In this document: in pieces, positions 42,973 to 53,835 of the stretch | Position numbering within the stretch: position 1 is the stretch's first letter | Layout: the number at the start of each line of letters is the position of its first letter | NCBI GenBank assembly: GCA_963783575.1 | Contig: CAWAOD010000014.1 | Location: 96,001-160,000 of the forward strand | Origin: an uncultured Spirochaetota bacterium | GTDB taxonomy: Bacteria > Spirochaetota > Brevinematia > Brevinematales > JAOACQ01 | DNA: 64,000 nucleotides | Direction: 5' to 3' | Translations under genes and position numbers: made by a program | The notes under the pieces: model-generated | What the model saw: the letters and a program-made list of their open reading frames with translations, nothing else | What the model was told of the DNA's origin: nothing | Databases searched by the model: none

Positions 42973-43527
42973 TTTCCAAATGGGGGGATTTATTGCGCTT
43001 CATTATGCTTTTTCACATCCGGATATGTTCGTTAAAGTTGGCGGTCATCAGCCGGCTCTTTACCTTGACGCCAGCCTTGTTACTTTTTTATATCAGAAAT
43101 GGGTTTACTCTGATGAAAGTATCCATAGCGTCCGTGATCCTTTATACCTTACCCGGATAATGAATCTGAAAGGGCTTAAAGTCTACATTGACTGTAGAAA
43201 GAACGACCACTTCCGGTTCTATGAAAACTGCAAAGTATTATTCGATACCCTGCAGTCGAGAGGCGTCGAATCTGAATATCATATGTTTCCAAGGGATCAC
43301 AACCAGGCTTATCTAGAGGAAAATATTGAGAAATACCTTTTATTTTATGCAGGAATTAAATGATTTCACAGTAATGCTGCATAGAAATGAGATTATGTAA
43401 ATATTAGGCTTTATACAGATAAGGAATCGAAGCAACTTAATACAGCATTATAATGTAAGGAATTAACCGTTGGTTTCGGTATATTGCGTCTAAAATTAGA
43501 TAGCATAATTTATTATTAGGAGAAACT

Positions 43528-44115
43528 ATGGATGAGTCACGATTTCAGAAACAACTAGATTTTATCTTTGAGGTAGATAAGGTAAAATCTATCTTTAGAA
43601 AAACAAAGTTATTCAATGGTTCACGCTTTGAAAATGATGCTGAACATTCTTGGACAATTTGTTTAATGGCTTTTCTTTTAAAAGAGTATTCTAATTTTCC
43701 AATTGATATTGAGAAAGTTGTTTTTATGCTTATTATCCATGATATTGTAGAAATTTATGCAAATGATACTTTTCTATATTCCGTAGAAAGGGATATGGCC
43801 CATAATAAAGAAGAATTAGCAGCAAAACGTATCTTTGGAATGCTTGATTTAGACCAAAGTAAGAAATTCTTAGATATTTGGTATGAGTTTGAAGAAAGAA
43901 AAACAAATGAAGCCAAGTTTGCATCAGTATTTGATAGAATAGAGCCAATACTACAAAACTATAAGACAGAAGGAATCACATGGAAAAAACATGGAATAAG
44001 AAAATCTCAAGTAATAGAAAAGAATAAACATATTGAAGAAGGGTCTAAAGAGATTTGGGGATTTGTTCTGAAACTAATCAATATGTGTGTTGAAAAAGGT
44101 TATCTTCTAGAATAA
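43528..44115 (+). CDS. HD-domain hydrolase (YfbR/HDDC2-like)
   Basis: ENDAEHSW, IIHDIVEI, WYEFEE..T.EAKF..FDR. Confidence 0.9.
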   Translation: MDESRFQKQLDFIFEVDKVKSIFRKTKLFNGSRFENDAEHSWTICLMAFLLKEYSNFPIDIEKVVFMLIIHDIVEIYANDTFLYSVERDMAHNKEELAAKRIFGMLDLDQSKKFLDIWYEFEERKTNEAKFASVFDRIEPILQNYKTEGITWKKHGIRKSQVIEKNKHIEEGSKEIWGFVLKLINMCVEKGYLLE

Positions 44116-44184
44116 TAAACAAAAGCGGAGACTGTTGCAAAGTAATAAATGAATCAGCCATAAATTGCCTATTGGAAGGTTATA

Positions 44185-44840
44185 ATGACGAAAAAGGAAT
44201 ATAAAAACATTAAAGGAGGTGTAAAATACTCATATAATATTGTTGCTGAAAAATATCATAAATTATTTTATGATGAATTGAAAGGTCATGATTGTGACCA
44301 ACAATTATTGGATAAATTTGCAAAAGAGTTGCCAAAAGGCTCGATAATATGTGATATTGGCTGTGGACCATCTGCCCAAATGGGAGGCTATTTATTTGAA
44401 AAGGTTACAATGTCGAAGGATTAGATTTCTCCGATAACTGCATTGAAAATGCTAAGACAGTATATCCAAATATGAGATTTCATAATTCAGATATGACAAA
44501 TACAAATTTACCAGATAATTACTATGATGGCATTATATCTTTTTATTCATTATTCCATATACCGAAAGAATATCAAAATGAAGTTTTCATAGAATTTTAC
44601 AGAATATTAAAACCAGGTGGAAAATTACTTTTAATGAATCACAAAGGTTCTGAACGAAAAACAATTGAACAAATATGGGGGTGTAAAGGGTTAAAATTAT
44701 TCATTAATTTTTCATCAGAAAATGAAATTGAAGAATTATTGATAAATAATAAATTTATTATCAACATTATAGAATCAAAAAAAGCATATTATGATTTTCC
44801 CGCAGAAAGAATTATTGCTCTTGCAACAAGTTATATATGA
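44185..44840 (+). CDS. Class I SAM-dependent methyltransferase, frameshifted in an A run at ~44400
   Basis: ICDIGCGP; GLDFS in the shifted frame; YSLFHI, RILKPGG. Confidence 0.85.
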
Positions 44841-45275
44841 CTATCAAGTGTTTTTATCAAAAAGCAAACCTTCTTGATAAAACAATTGTGACCATTTACA
44901 TCTTGTCATTTATTGGAGCCACTTATAATCATATAATCGATTTAATTAAAGGCGGGTTGTTTCCATATTAGAGCTGGTCTATGGTTCTATTTAGTAATAA
45001 TGATATCTGATGTGGCAATCAATTTATTTTCTAATACTTTCTATTGGAAAGTGCTGTTAATTCACCAGCCAGCTTTAATAATGCAGATAATATTCCTATT
45101 ATTTCTTATCTTTAATTTTAAGAGAATTTATAAGATTGCTAGATAAAATACTTCACTTTGTATAAATTTGCACAATGTCACTAACTCTAGTTAATTGTGA
45201 AGTGCCAATAATAAGTTATATATTTCAGGGTTTTTCTTTCCGCCATATTGGGGGTGGGATGGAAGGGGGGGGTTA

Positions 45276-46630
45276 CCCATAAGCGCTAACTTGTTAAGGA
45301 AAAATATTCCACAATTTGCATTTTTCTTCTTCTCTTTTTATTAATAAGTCCTCTGGAAATTCTTATCCAATTTATAAAAATACCGGTAAGCGAAAGGCAT
45401 GGAATAATTACTCTCTGCATTTCATGAAGCATAAATGCAAATTCACGCCAACGGCTTACTATCCCTGCCCTGATTAATAATATCATAACCCCAGGGGGAA
45501 AAAGTCTGGGCTTGCCAGATAAGTTTTTCGTTTAACAGGGCCACAAACAATTTGCCATACAGCCAAGCCTTGGAACTTTCATCTGTATATTTAGGCAAAT
45601 GCCCAAGTTCCGCAAGTTGCTTAAAACGTTTAAATACTAATTCAACCTGCCATCGTAATCTATACCATCGCAGTATTTCTGCCGGCGGAAAACTTGACTC
45701 TTCAAAAGTTGTGAATACAATCACAAACTCCGCATATATTAGTGTCTCCGGTTTTAACTTCTGACTCTTTTTTATAGCATGCTTTTTAATACGTTTGTGA
45801 GCCTTAAGAATAGCTTGTTCAGATTTTCTTATAACACAAACTCTACCGGAAACAGTGGTTTTATCAGGGCATTGTAAATGAACATTCCATGAACATGCTT
45901 GTCCCGATTTCGAAACTTCTGATAATCTATCCAGCCAATTAAATGGCTTACCGGATGAATCGCTAACTACAACATGATGAGGGCTGATGCGGACCAATAG
46001 AGAAGCTTTCTGCTCAACGGCAAACTTTATTCCCGGAGCCTGACCATAACCTCGATCACCTATAATATAATCACCCGGTTTCAAATCAAATTGTTTAAAC
46101 GACTCACCCGTCCCTATACCGTTCATTTGAGTTACGCGAAAGTACTCACACTTGAATGTAGGTAGTCTAAGACTGTAATGAACCTTCCATAAACTTCCCG
46201 TCCTTCCAGGTTCTTTAACTACAGTAGCATCAAGAAGGCGAACTTCAAATCCATCTTTATTTTCCAGTTTCACACCTCGCTCCTCAAATAAACCTTCACA
46301 TAATGACGCCAACCAATCCGAACTCTTTCTTAATCGCTTCAGCAAGGCAACATCAGATAAATCTGCTAAATTGGCTTCACGAGCCCTTACTACTGTTTCT
46401 CTTAGAGAAAACCCGCCAGCCAGATGAATCAAAAGGGTTCTGAGCAAGTCCTCCTCAGATTTGCACTTACGCAATCCCCTTAATGCACCCGTTTCCTTTG
46501 CCTTTTCACGCCAACCTATTGGAAACATTGAAACTAAAATATTCCAATCTTCATTAATCATAGCCACCTCCATATAAATATTATAGCTATGATTTGTAAA
46601 AATATCAAGAATCAAGTTAGCGCTTATGGG
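45276..46630 (-). mobile_element. IS4-family insertion sequence
   Basis: Perfect 18-bp inverted repeats CCCATAAGCGCTAACTTG (45276-45293 and 46613-46630). Confidence 0.88.
45443..46562 (-). CDS. IS4-family DDE transposase
   Basis: LLDAT, IGDRGY, YRLRWQVELVFKRFK (YREK); GGAGG RBS before ATG 46562. Confidence 0.93.
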
Positions 46631-46863
46631 GGCATGCCCCTTTGTCCATTTTATAGCCCGTTTCTGGAAGGGAATCAGAAAGCATAAAAATATCGGCTAA
46701 AATAAGATTAAGGCTACTGTTTGGCGTTGGTTAATACTAAAACACGATAGATTTTACAGGAGGTTACTGTCGGCTTTTTGTATAAAAGTTTTCAGAAAAT
46801 CGGCTGGAATCTGATTTTATATTAATATCGAAGGGATTTTGGAAAGAAAACCGGATTTTGACA

Positions 46864-46892
46864 TTGACAGGAATGTTTCCCGCTATTATAAT
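46864..46892 (+). promoter_or_regulatory. Consensus sigma-70 promoter P1
   Basis: TTGACA-N17-TATAAT. Confidence 0.8.
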
Positions 46893-47039
46893 AAAATAAT
46901 CTCTCAAATAGGGTAGTGTTCGGAGTTATTTGGGAAATATCGGTTTAAATCCCAATGTAAGCCGCCCGGATTCCTCCAAACGGCTTTTTAAAATCAAGTA
47001 AAAAGCTGTGCTTTATGAAGTAAAAGACAAAATTTACTT

Positions 47040-47068
47040 TTGACAAGGCTATTATTTCGGGTTATAAT
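47040..47068 (+). promoter_or_regulatory. Consensus sigma-70 promoter P2
   Basis: TTGACA-N17-TATAAT. Confidence 0.8.
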
Positions 47069-47178
47069 TGCTTTGGTGGCAGAGAGGTTCTCAATAATGG
47101 CAAAGATAACGAGTCATCTGGGAAATCTCGGTTTATTGTCAAATGATCTCACTGTAAAAATTAAAAAACGGGGGCAAC

Positions 47179-48579
47179 ATGAGAAATATCTTGTTATTTT
47201 CGTTTATTTTGATCGTTTCCGGATTCTTTATCACCTCTTGTTCTTCGTCACCAGTTTCTTCATCTTCGGGTTCATCATCATCAGTAATATCTGCTCTGAG
47301 GTATCCAGCATATCCGGTTACAAATTCCATTTCCATAACAATCCCTGCAAATGTCATTAGTTCACTTAGCCCGCTTTTCTTCGGAAATAATACACCCATT
47401 ATTGGAGATCCATCAGTGCCGGGGTCGGAATCGTTCATCAAACCTCTTAATATTAAATTTCTTCGCGCGGGTGGAGCAACAAGCGACTTGGAAATCCCAA
47501 ATCCAATCGACTCAAGCTATTTGGATTTCATTGCTAATTATTGTTCTGCTATAGGCGCAGAAATTTTGCTGCAGGTGCCCCTTGTCAGTTCATCAAATAT
47601 GGCGGCAAGGGTTGCCAGGGCGATAAATATACTTTCTTACTATATTGATACAAATCATTATCCTATTTCATGGGTCGAAATAGGAAATGAATCGGATCTT
47701 TACCCATTATTTGCAACTAACAGCGATTTGACTAATTGGAATATTTATATGAATAACTTAACAAATGTCGCCGCTGCGATAAAAAGCAGATACCCCTCTC
47801 TCAATATTGTTGCTCCTGATCTTTTTTGTAATTATCTTAATCCCGGCAGTGATGATCTGACATTATGTTTACAAAATTGTGGAAAGTACATAAATGCGGT
47901 CTCCGTTCATTACTATCCTATCCCGGGCTGTGCAACGTATGATTGGGTAACGAATCAATTTGATTGCATCACAAATATATATTCTATTCTTTCGAACACT
48001 CTTACAACCTATGGCCAGGGCCAATTTCTGATTAACGGCGAATGTAATATTTTCCCTGGCGATGAAACCATGATTGAGATGGGGGAAGCTTCTATGGGAA
48101 CATATGAAGGGGGGTTATGGATGGCTGATGTGCTTGGAATATCAAGTTTGCAACCTAACTTTCTATCAGTAATGCCGTTCGCTGCCTGTGCAGGTTGGGG
48201 ATCTACTGGAAATTTTATAGATTATACATCAGGTAATTCCCCCAGACCTATATATTACATATACGATTTATTTTCAAATCATGCCCTCTCGAATATGATT
48301 CTGTGTATAAAACCGACAAATGATATCCGAATTTACGCATATAAAGACGTGGCAGGTAATGTAAGTGTTTATTTTGTGAACTGGAATAGAACAGTCCCAT
48401 ACTTTGCGACTTTCAATTTTTCCGGAGGACTTCTCAATAATACTAATATTACATATACCTTTGTACCTTTGTCGCTGACATGCCTTTTTATTTCGGCGAA
48501 CTTATCCCATAACATCTCATATACTTATACTTCAGTTGATGCCTCGGTGGGTTATGGTATTGAAACAAACAATTTTTAA
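47179..48579 (+). CDS. Lipoprotein, clan GH-A-like glycoside hydrolase (GH39/44/51/79-like)
   Basis: ITSC lipobox, Ser linker, LRAGG, WVEIGNESD, VSVHYYP, INGECN. Confidence 0.75.
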   Translation: MRNILLFSFILIVSGFFITSCSSSPVSSSSGSSSSVISALRYPAYPVTNSISITIPANVISSLSPLFFGNNTPIIGDPSVPGSESFIKPLNIKFLRAGGATSDLEIPNPIDSSYLDFIANYCSAIGAEILLQVPLVSSSNMAARVARAINILSYYIDTNHYPISWVEIGNESDLYPLFATNSDLTNWNIYMNNLTNVAAAIKSRYPSLNIVAPDLFCNYLNPGSDDLTLCLQNCGKYINAVSVHYYPIPGCATYDWVTNQFDCITNIYSILSNTLTTYGQGQFLINGECNIFPGDETMIEMGEASMGTYEGGLWMADVLGISSLQPNFLSVMPFAACAGWGSTGNFIDYTSGNSPRPIYYIYDLFSNHALSNMILCIKPTNDIRIYAYKDVAGNVSVYFVNWNRTVPYFATFNFSGGLLNNTNITYTFVPLSLTCLFISANLSHNISYTYTSVDASVGYGIETNNF

Positions 48580-48642
48580 TGCTGTAAAGGATACGAAAAA
48601 AATCTGATCTACTCGAAAAAATGTCAGAAATGGAGACCGATC

Positions 48643-49637
48643 ATGAATATGCATGGCAGGAATTTAATATTATCGTTGATTTTATTTGCCGCAGTATCAG
48701 GCTGTTCCATCTCTCCCGGTAATACCGGGGCTCTTCAGGTGGCTCTGTATTGCCCGGCTTGCACTGGTCCATGATATCGCTTCCATGCTATGCCGGATGG
48801 ATCTCGGTTGTCTACGGTAACGGAAGATTCGTAACGGTTGCTAATGGGTCACAAATAGCGGCGGCTTCAACCGATGGCATAAACTGGACAGCCGGAACTC
48901 TTCCATACAATGGATTCTGGCAAAGTGTCGCTTACGGTAATAGCGAATTTGTTGCTGTTGCAGATTTTGATATAAGAACTGCTGAATCTTCTGATGGTAT
49001 AAACTGGACCACCTCTTTTCTTCCTGCCATCTCGAGCTGGTGTTCCGTTACTTATGGCGGCGGCGAATTTGTTGCTGTCAGTTACAGCACTAATATAGCC
49101 GCAGTATCGCATGACGGATCAAACTGGACCCTGGAAAGTCTTCCTGCAAATAACGGGAGCGCCTGGAATAACGGCTTCACCGGATGGAACACGATTACCT
49201 TCGGTAATGGTGTATTTGTTACGGCCTCAGATTACAGCTCATCTGTAGCGGCGTCGCATGACGGATCAAACTGGGTTCTTCAGAATGTTCCAGCTACTGA
49301 TTACTCGATAGACATGTACATTACTGTCATATACGGGAACGGGATGTTTGTATGGCTTGCCAGTGGAATTGAATCTTCAGTATCGCCTGATGGGGTAAAT
49401 TGGAACTCACAGTACAACCTTCCAGGCTATATGGGCTGGTGCAATCTCGCCTATGGTAAGGGAGTATTTATCGCAATCGCCAATGGTAGCAGTCAGGCTG
49501 CAGGGTCATTCGACGGGCTTACTTGGACGGTTCGGACCCTTCCGTTAAACGCGGATTGGACATCAATTGCATATGGAAACGGAACTTTTGTACTGGTCGG
49601 TGACGGCATGTCGACTGCAGCGGTATCGACAAATTAA
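48643..49637 (+). CDS. Beta-propeller repeat lipoprotein, frameshifted in a G4 run (~48727-48730)
   Basis: VSGC lipobox upstream in another frame; about 7 repeats of W.SV.YGNG.FVAV...S.DG.NWT. Confidence 0.75.
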
Positions 49638-49968
49638 ATAAAAGGTGACGGTTTTTACAAATACGTTTTATATTTAGGGCTTGCTGAAAAAGTCACAACT
49701 CATTCACAAATAATGAAATATAATAATAATCGAGCTATAATAATGCAAGCAAAAAGAGGGTTTTATTTAAAAAACCTTGCATTAGGTGATGTAAAATGTA
49801 TATTGAGAATAAATTATACAGATTGAGATATTATATTTAATCGGGTAATAATATGCAAGACTAAGAAGTTATTAATCAAGAAAATATTGAGCTTGTTAAA
49901 AAAACGTCGGACTGTTGACGAACACTCTATTTATCCTTAAAATAATAGATTAAAACAAGGATAAAACT

Positions 49969-50465
49969 ATGCTAAAAAAGAAGAACATGGAACAAAAAAT
50001 ATTCTATAATTATGATCTGGAATCTTTTATACCGGCAGATCATTTTCTTAGAAAAGTTAAGGAATACATATCTTTTGAATTTATCTGTGAGAAAGTGAAG
50101 CATCTTTATAGTCAGGGCAACCTACCATTGATCCGGTTGTATTGATAAAAATGCTCCTGATTGGATATTTTTACGACATTAAATCAGAACGAAAGCTTAA
50201 GAAAGAAATCCAGGTCAACCTGGCCTACAGATGGTTTATCGGATATGATATAGACGAAAAAATCCCTGATCATAGTGTCATATCTCAAACCCGAAGGCGA
50301 AAATTTAGCAATAGCGGGATATTCCAGGAAATATTTGATGAAATCGTAAGAAAACTCATAGATAAGGGACTTGTTGAAGGCGATACGATTTTAACAGACT
50401 CAACGCATATAAAAGCCAACGCTTCAAAAAGGAGTTTTGTGCCGACAAAAGAATACCTGGAAAAT
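49969..50465 (+). pseudogene. IS1182-family transposase, frameshifted and truncated
   Basis: IPADHFLRKV, IDPVVL, SERKL, NLAYRWFIG, PDHSVIS, DSTHIKANAS. Confidence 0.85.
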
Positions 50466-50825
50466 CTATGCCGCCTTCATAATTTTCTTCTTTTCAAGGA
50501 GGCGTGCCTTTCTTTCCAGCCTTCTTATATGTTCCTTGCAACAAAGGACAAACTGACATACCGCTTAAACCTAACTATTCCGTGATCAAGACATCTGTCC
50601 AGACCATGATTTTCCATGGCGCTGATTCCTGACTCCACGGCTCTGTGCGCTCGTCTTGCCGCACGGTACTCCTTTGTATTTTCATGCTCCTTTTCATCAA
50701 CCGTGAGCTTGCCTTTCCTTGTCATAATCAGTTTATCCACCATTTTTCCCAGTTTGCTCTTGTTTTCAGGACTATAAAATACTTTATCGTAGCTGGCCTG
50801 TCTGATATTATTAAATACTCACCCC
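50466..50825 (-). pseudogene. ISNCY/IS5-like transposase C-terminal fragment
   Basis: HRAVESGISAMENHGLDRCLDHG..FKRYV. Confidence 0.7.
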
Positions 50826-50827
50826 GT

Positions 50828-52042
50828 TTATTTTTCTTCTACCGCCTTTCTTTCGCCCTGATGGTTATTTTTACTTTTTACCGCCAGAACAAGAAATGGG
50901 ATAATAAAAATAAAAAATATGCAAATAAAAATTATACCATATTTAGCCGTAAAAAAATCATTCATTACCCCTGTTATAAACGAGAGTAAAGAAGATCCTG
51001 ATGCATTCACAATTAAAATAATACTTGTTGCAACTTCCAAATCCTTTTTAAAATCCGCAGTTACCAGATTTTGAATGGCCGGAAATATGATGGAAAAAAA
51101 GAATCCGGTAATAGAAATAAAAATGTCGATATTTGATAATCTGATCCTGAAAATCAAACCGGCTATTAAACATATCATTGATAAAAATAATACTACCATT
51201 AATAATTTCAATTTATCCATCCTGTGAATAATCAATACCCCGAAAAGCCGACCAACGCAATACAAAATAAAAAATACAAGCATGGTCATTGATGAGTAAG
51301 TAATGCTAAGATTGAAACCTCTTTCTAAAAATGTCGGTACCCAGCTGATCAGGCAAATTTCCAATCCCCCATAAAAAAAAACACATATTGAATAAAAGAT
51401 CATTTTTTTATTGAATATTAATGAAAAGAAAACGTTGGGATCCATATTATTTGCATCTGTTTTAAAATCCTTTACCGGGCGATAACTGGAAAAAAATAAA
51501 ATAAAAGGAATTATGGCAAATGCAATTCCTAAAAGAAAATAAATATGTCTCCACCCAAGATAATATTTAAATAAAGAACCGCTTAATAATACCAATGAAG
51601 ATCCCAATGAATAGATGAAATGGATCAAAACCACTGCATTGTCCTTATATTTCGGTTTTATAGAATCAAATGAGTCAATTATAGAAATGTTTGCTCCGGT
51701 TCCAAAAATAAATGAACCTAATCCCATAAATAAAGAAAAGATTAAAAATAATAAATATGAATTTGAACAGGGTATTAATAAGAAGGAAATAAAAACAACG
51801 GCACTTGAAAAAATTAATAGAAATTTTTTATTAACAGATGTAAAAATATATCCAGAAAATAAACTAACTATAAAACCGGGTAAAGCGGTTATCACAATCA
51901 TCAAACCGCTGGTTGTATAATTTATATTAAAATTATCTTTTATCTGAGGCAGTAAAAATCCTCTAATTGCATTAAAACAACCAAGAATCAAAAAATAATA
52001 GTACCCGGCGAAAATAAATAATAATAACTTTGGATTATTCAT
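50828..52042 (-). CDS. MFS transporter (FucP/TsgA-like)
   Basis: 12 hydrophobic segments, LLPQIKDNF, YGGLE..SWVPTFL, VGRLFG. Confidence 0.85.
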   Translation of the reverse strand: MNNPKLLLFIFAGYYYFLILGCFNAIRGFLLPQIKDNFNINYTTSGLMIVITALPGFIVSLFSGYIFTSVNKKFLLIFSSAVVFISFLLIPCSNSYLLFLIFSLFMGLGSFIFGTGANISIIDSFDSIKPKYKDNAVVLIHFIYSLGSSLVLLSGSLFKYYLGWRHIYFLLGIAFAIIPFILFFSSYRPVKDFKTDANNMDPNVFFSLIFNKKMIFYSICVFFYGGLEICLISWVPTFLERGFNLSITYSSMTMLVFFILYCVGRLFGVLIIHRMDKLKLLMVVLFLSMICLIAGLIFRIRLSNIDIFISITGFFFSIIFPAIQNLVTADFKKDLEVATSIILIVNASGSSLLSFITGVMNDFFTAKYGIIFICIFFIFIIPFLVLAVKSKNNHQGERKAVEEK

Positions 52043-52545
52043 AAAATAGTCACCTTTTAATAATTATTTGAAAGGGTGAATTATTATTAAATAATTAATA
52101 CGTTTTTACATACTAATCAATATATTTTTGCTATATGAGTGAGGGGCAAATCCTCCTGATAGGAAATTAATAGTTCCATTGAAGTATTGTACATAAGGGT
52201 AGAAAAAACCGCAAAATATCGCCGTGTTTTCCTTGATGATTATTCGAATCTGGATTAAAAACCTGAATGCGTAATCTGCATTTTCCATCCTTGTTACTGT
52301 TTACGTATTGTCAAAAGTTTTGATTTAATAATACTTTATCTATATCAAATCAAAGCAAATATAGTATTCATGCCGACCTCCCCCCATTTTTGGCATGCTT
52401 CAAGTATAATTTGTGTTTCTGAACAGTCCCTAATTTCAAGGACTGTGAGGAAATACAAATTTATATCTATAATTAGAAAATTTAGAATTCAATATTTTTT
52501 TCATAAGACTTTTGACATTACCACTGTTTACTCATTACTTAGATA

Positions 52546-53508
52546 TTATAATATCATCCGCCAGTAATCGATCATATCATGCAGAGTTTGAGTTAATGTG
52601 TATTTCTGCACCCAGCCCGTATCCCGAATTAATTTTGAAGAGTCTCCATAAATAATCGGCTCGTCTGTTTTTCTTAATAGTGCGGGATCAATTTTTATCT
52701 CGAAATTTATATTCATATAATTTTTAATAATTTCAATTATTTCAGAGATCTTATAAGTTTTCGCCCCACTTATATTATATACGTCTCCATACTTTCCTTT
52801 TTCCGATAATAAAATTAAAGCTTCGACTAAATCTCTAACATCAGTTAGAGCTCGGATAGTATTGAGATTCCCAACCCTTAAGATTTTATTTCCGTCATTA
52901 GCCATTTCGATTTCGACAGCACGCTTTGTAAAGTCTGAACACACATCATTTATCTTTCTGGTTCCTGTAGTATTGAAAATTCTTGCCCTGACCGTCTTTA
53001 ACCCGTCATTCTTATAATACTGAAATGATAAAAGATCTTGTGCGACTTTACTTACGCCATACGGATGAAGCGGGAGAAGCTGAACATCTTCAGATATTGG
53101 GGCATTAGTTTTAATTAAAGATTCCCCATATTCGGCACTGGAACATGCTACAACTATTACCGGATCATAATCCTTAAAACTTTTTTTTATCAATTTTACC
53201 GATTCGAAAACGTTAATTGTACCGTTCACATTGATATCGATTGTTTCATCCGGCCTTTCCCATGAAACGGTCGGGTAACTTTGTGCGGCTAAATGAAAGA
53301 TCACATCAGGTTTAATATCAAGTAAAATTCCGTAAATACCATGAAAATACCTTACATCGCATTCGATAAAATTAACTTTATCCACTATTTCAGAAATATT
53401 TGTAGTTGGTTTATAAAAAGTTCCTATCGGTTTAATTCCATTTTTATGATAATATTCGACCATATGGGATCCGACCATTCCGCAAGCACCGGTAATTAAG
53501 ACATTCAA
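52546..53508 (-). CDS. NAD-dependent sugar epimerase/dehydratase (Rmd/Gmd-like)
   Basis: ITGACGMVG, HLAAQS, SSAEYG, YGVSK, VGNL..RALTDVRD. Confidence 0.9.
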   Translation of the reverse strand: MNVLITGACGMVGSHMVEYYHKNGIKPIGTFYKPTTNISEIVDKVNFIECDVRYFHGIYGILLDIKPDVIFHLAAQSYPTVSWERPDETIDINVNGTINVFESVKLIKKSFKDYDPVIVVACSSAEYGESLIKTNAPISEDVQLLPLHPYGVSKVAQDLLSFQYYKNDGLKTVRARIFNTTGTRKINDVCSDFTKRAVEIEMANDGNKILRVGNLNTIRALTDVRDLVEALILLSEKGKYGDVYNISGAKTYKISEIIEIIKNYMNINFEIKIDPALLRKTDEPIIYGDSSKLIRDTGWVQKYTLTQTLHDMIDYWRMIL

Positions 53509-53835
53509 AATCTTTACTCCTCAAAATATCAACTATCTAAATATATTTAGGATAAAATTATCTGAAATAATAGTCAAATAACCAAGGCAATTTATGAGTT
53601 TATGAGATTCACAAGATATTCTGCAACTGTTATACGAAAAGCAATACGAATTTATGTGTTTTTTATAAAAACTTTTCTGTCATTTTTTTGAGATTATTCC
53701 AACCTCTCATTATAATTCTTCCTATCAGTTCATCGTCGTAATTATCATCACATTTTTGGAAAATAAATTTAAGAATGGCTGGCAAGAGCCAGGTAATAAG
53801 TCTTCCGCCGCCTTTAAAAAGGAGTGTGACGCATT

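Larger units (their letters stand above)
40682..42978 (+). mobile_element. IS21-family element (2297 bp)
   Basis: Ends TGGAAATG...CATTTCCA; target duplication AATGG (40677-40681, 42979-42983); istA-istB; subterminal repeats. Confidence 0.92.
40540..43363 (+). pseudogene. Esterase (alpha/beta hydrolase) split by IS21 and 5'-truncated
   Basis: ELIPYIESNY...IGGNSM | GGFIALHYAFSHPDMF...YHMFPRDH; the frame is restored when the IS is removed. Confidence 0.85.

Noticed and set aside
43363..45215. Integron cassette array (HD hydrolase, methyltransferase)
   Set aside because: Gene types fit, but I found no convincing RYYYAAC...GTTRRRY attC pairs and no intI
46895..47150. Assignment to c-di-GMP, ZTP, fluoride or c-di-AMP riboswitch classes
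   Set aside because: The consensus elements I recall for these classes are absent; kept only as an unclassified motif
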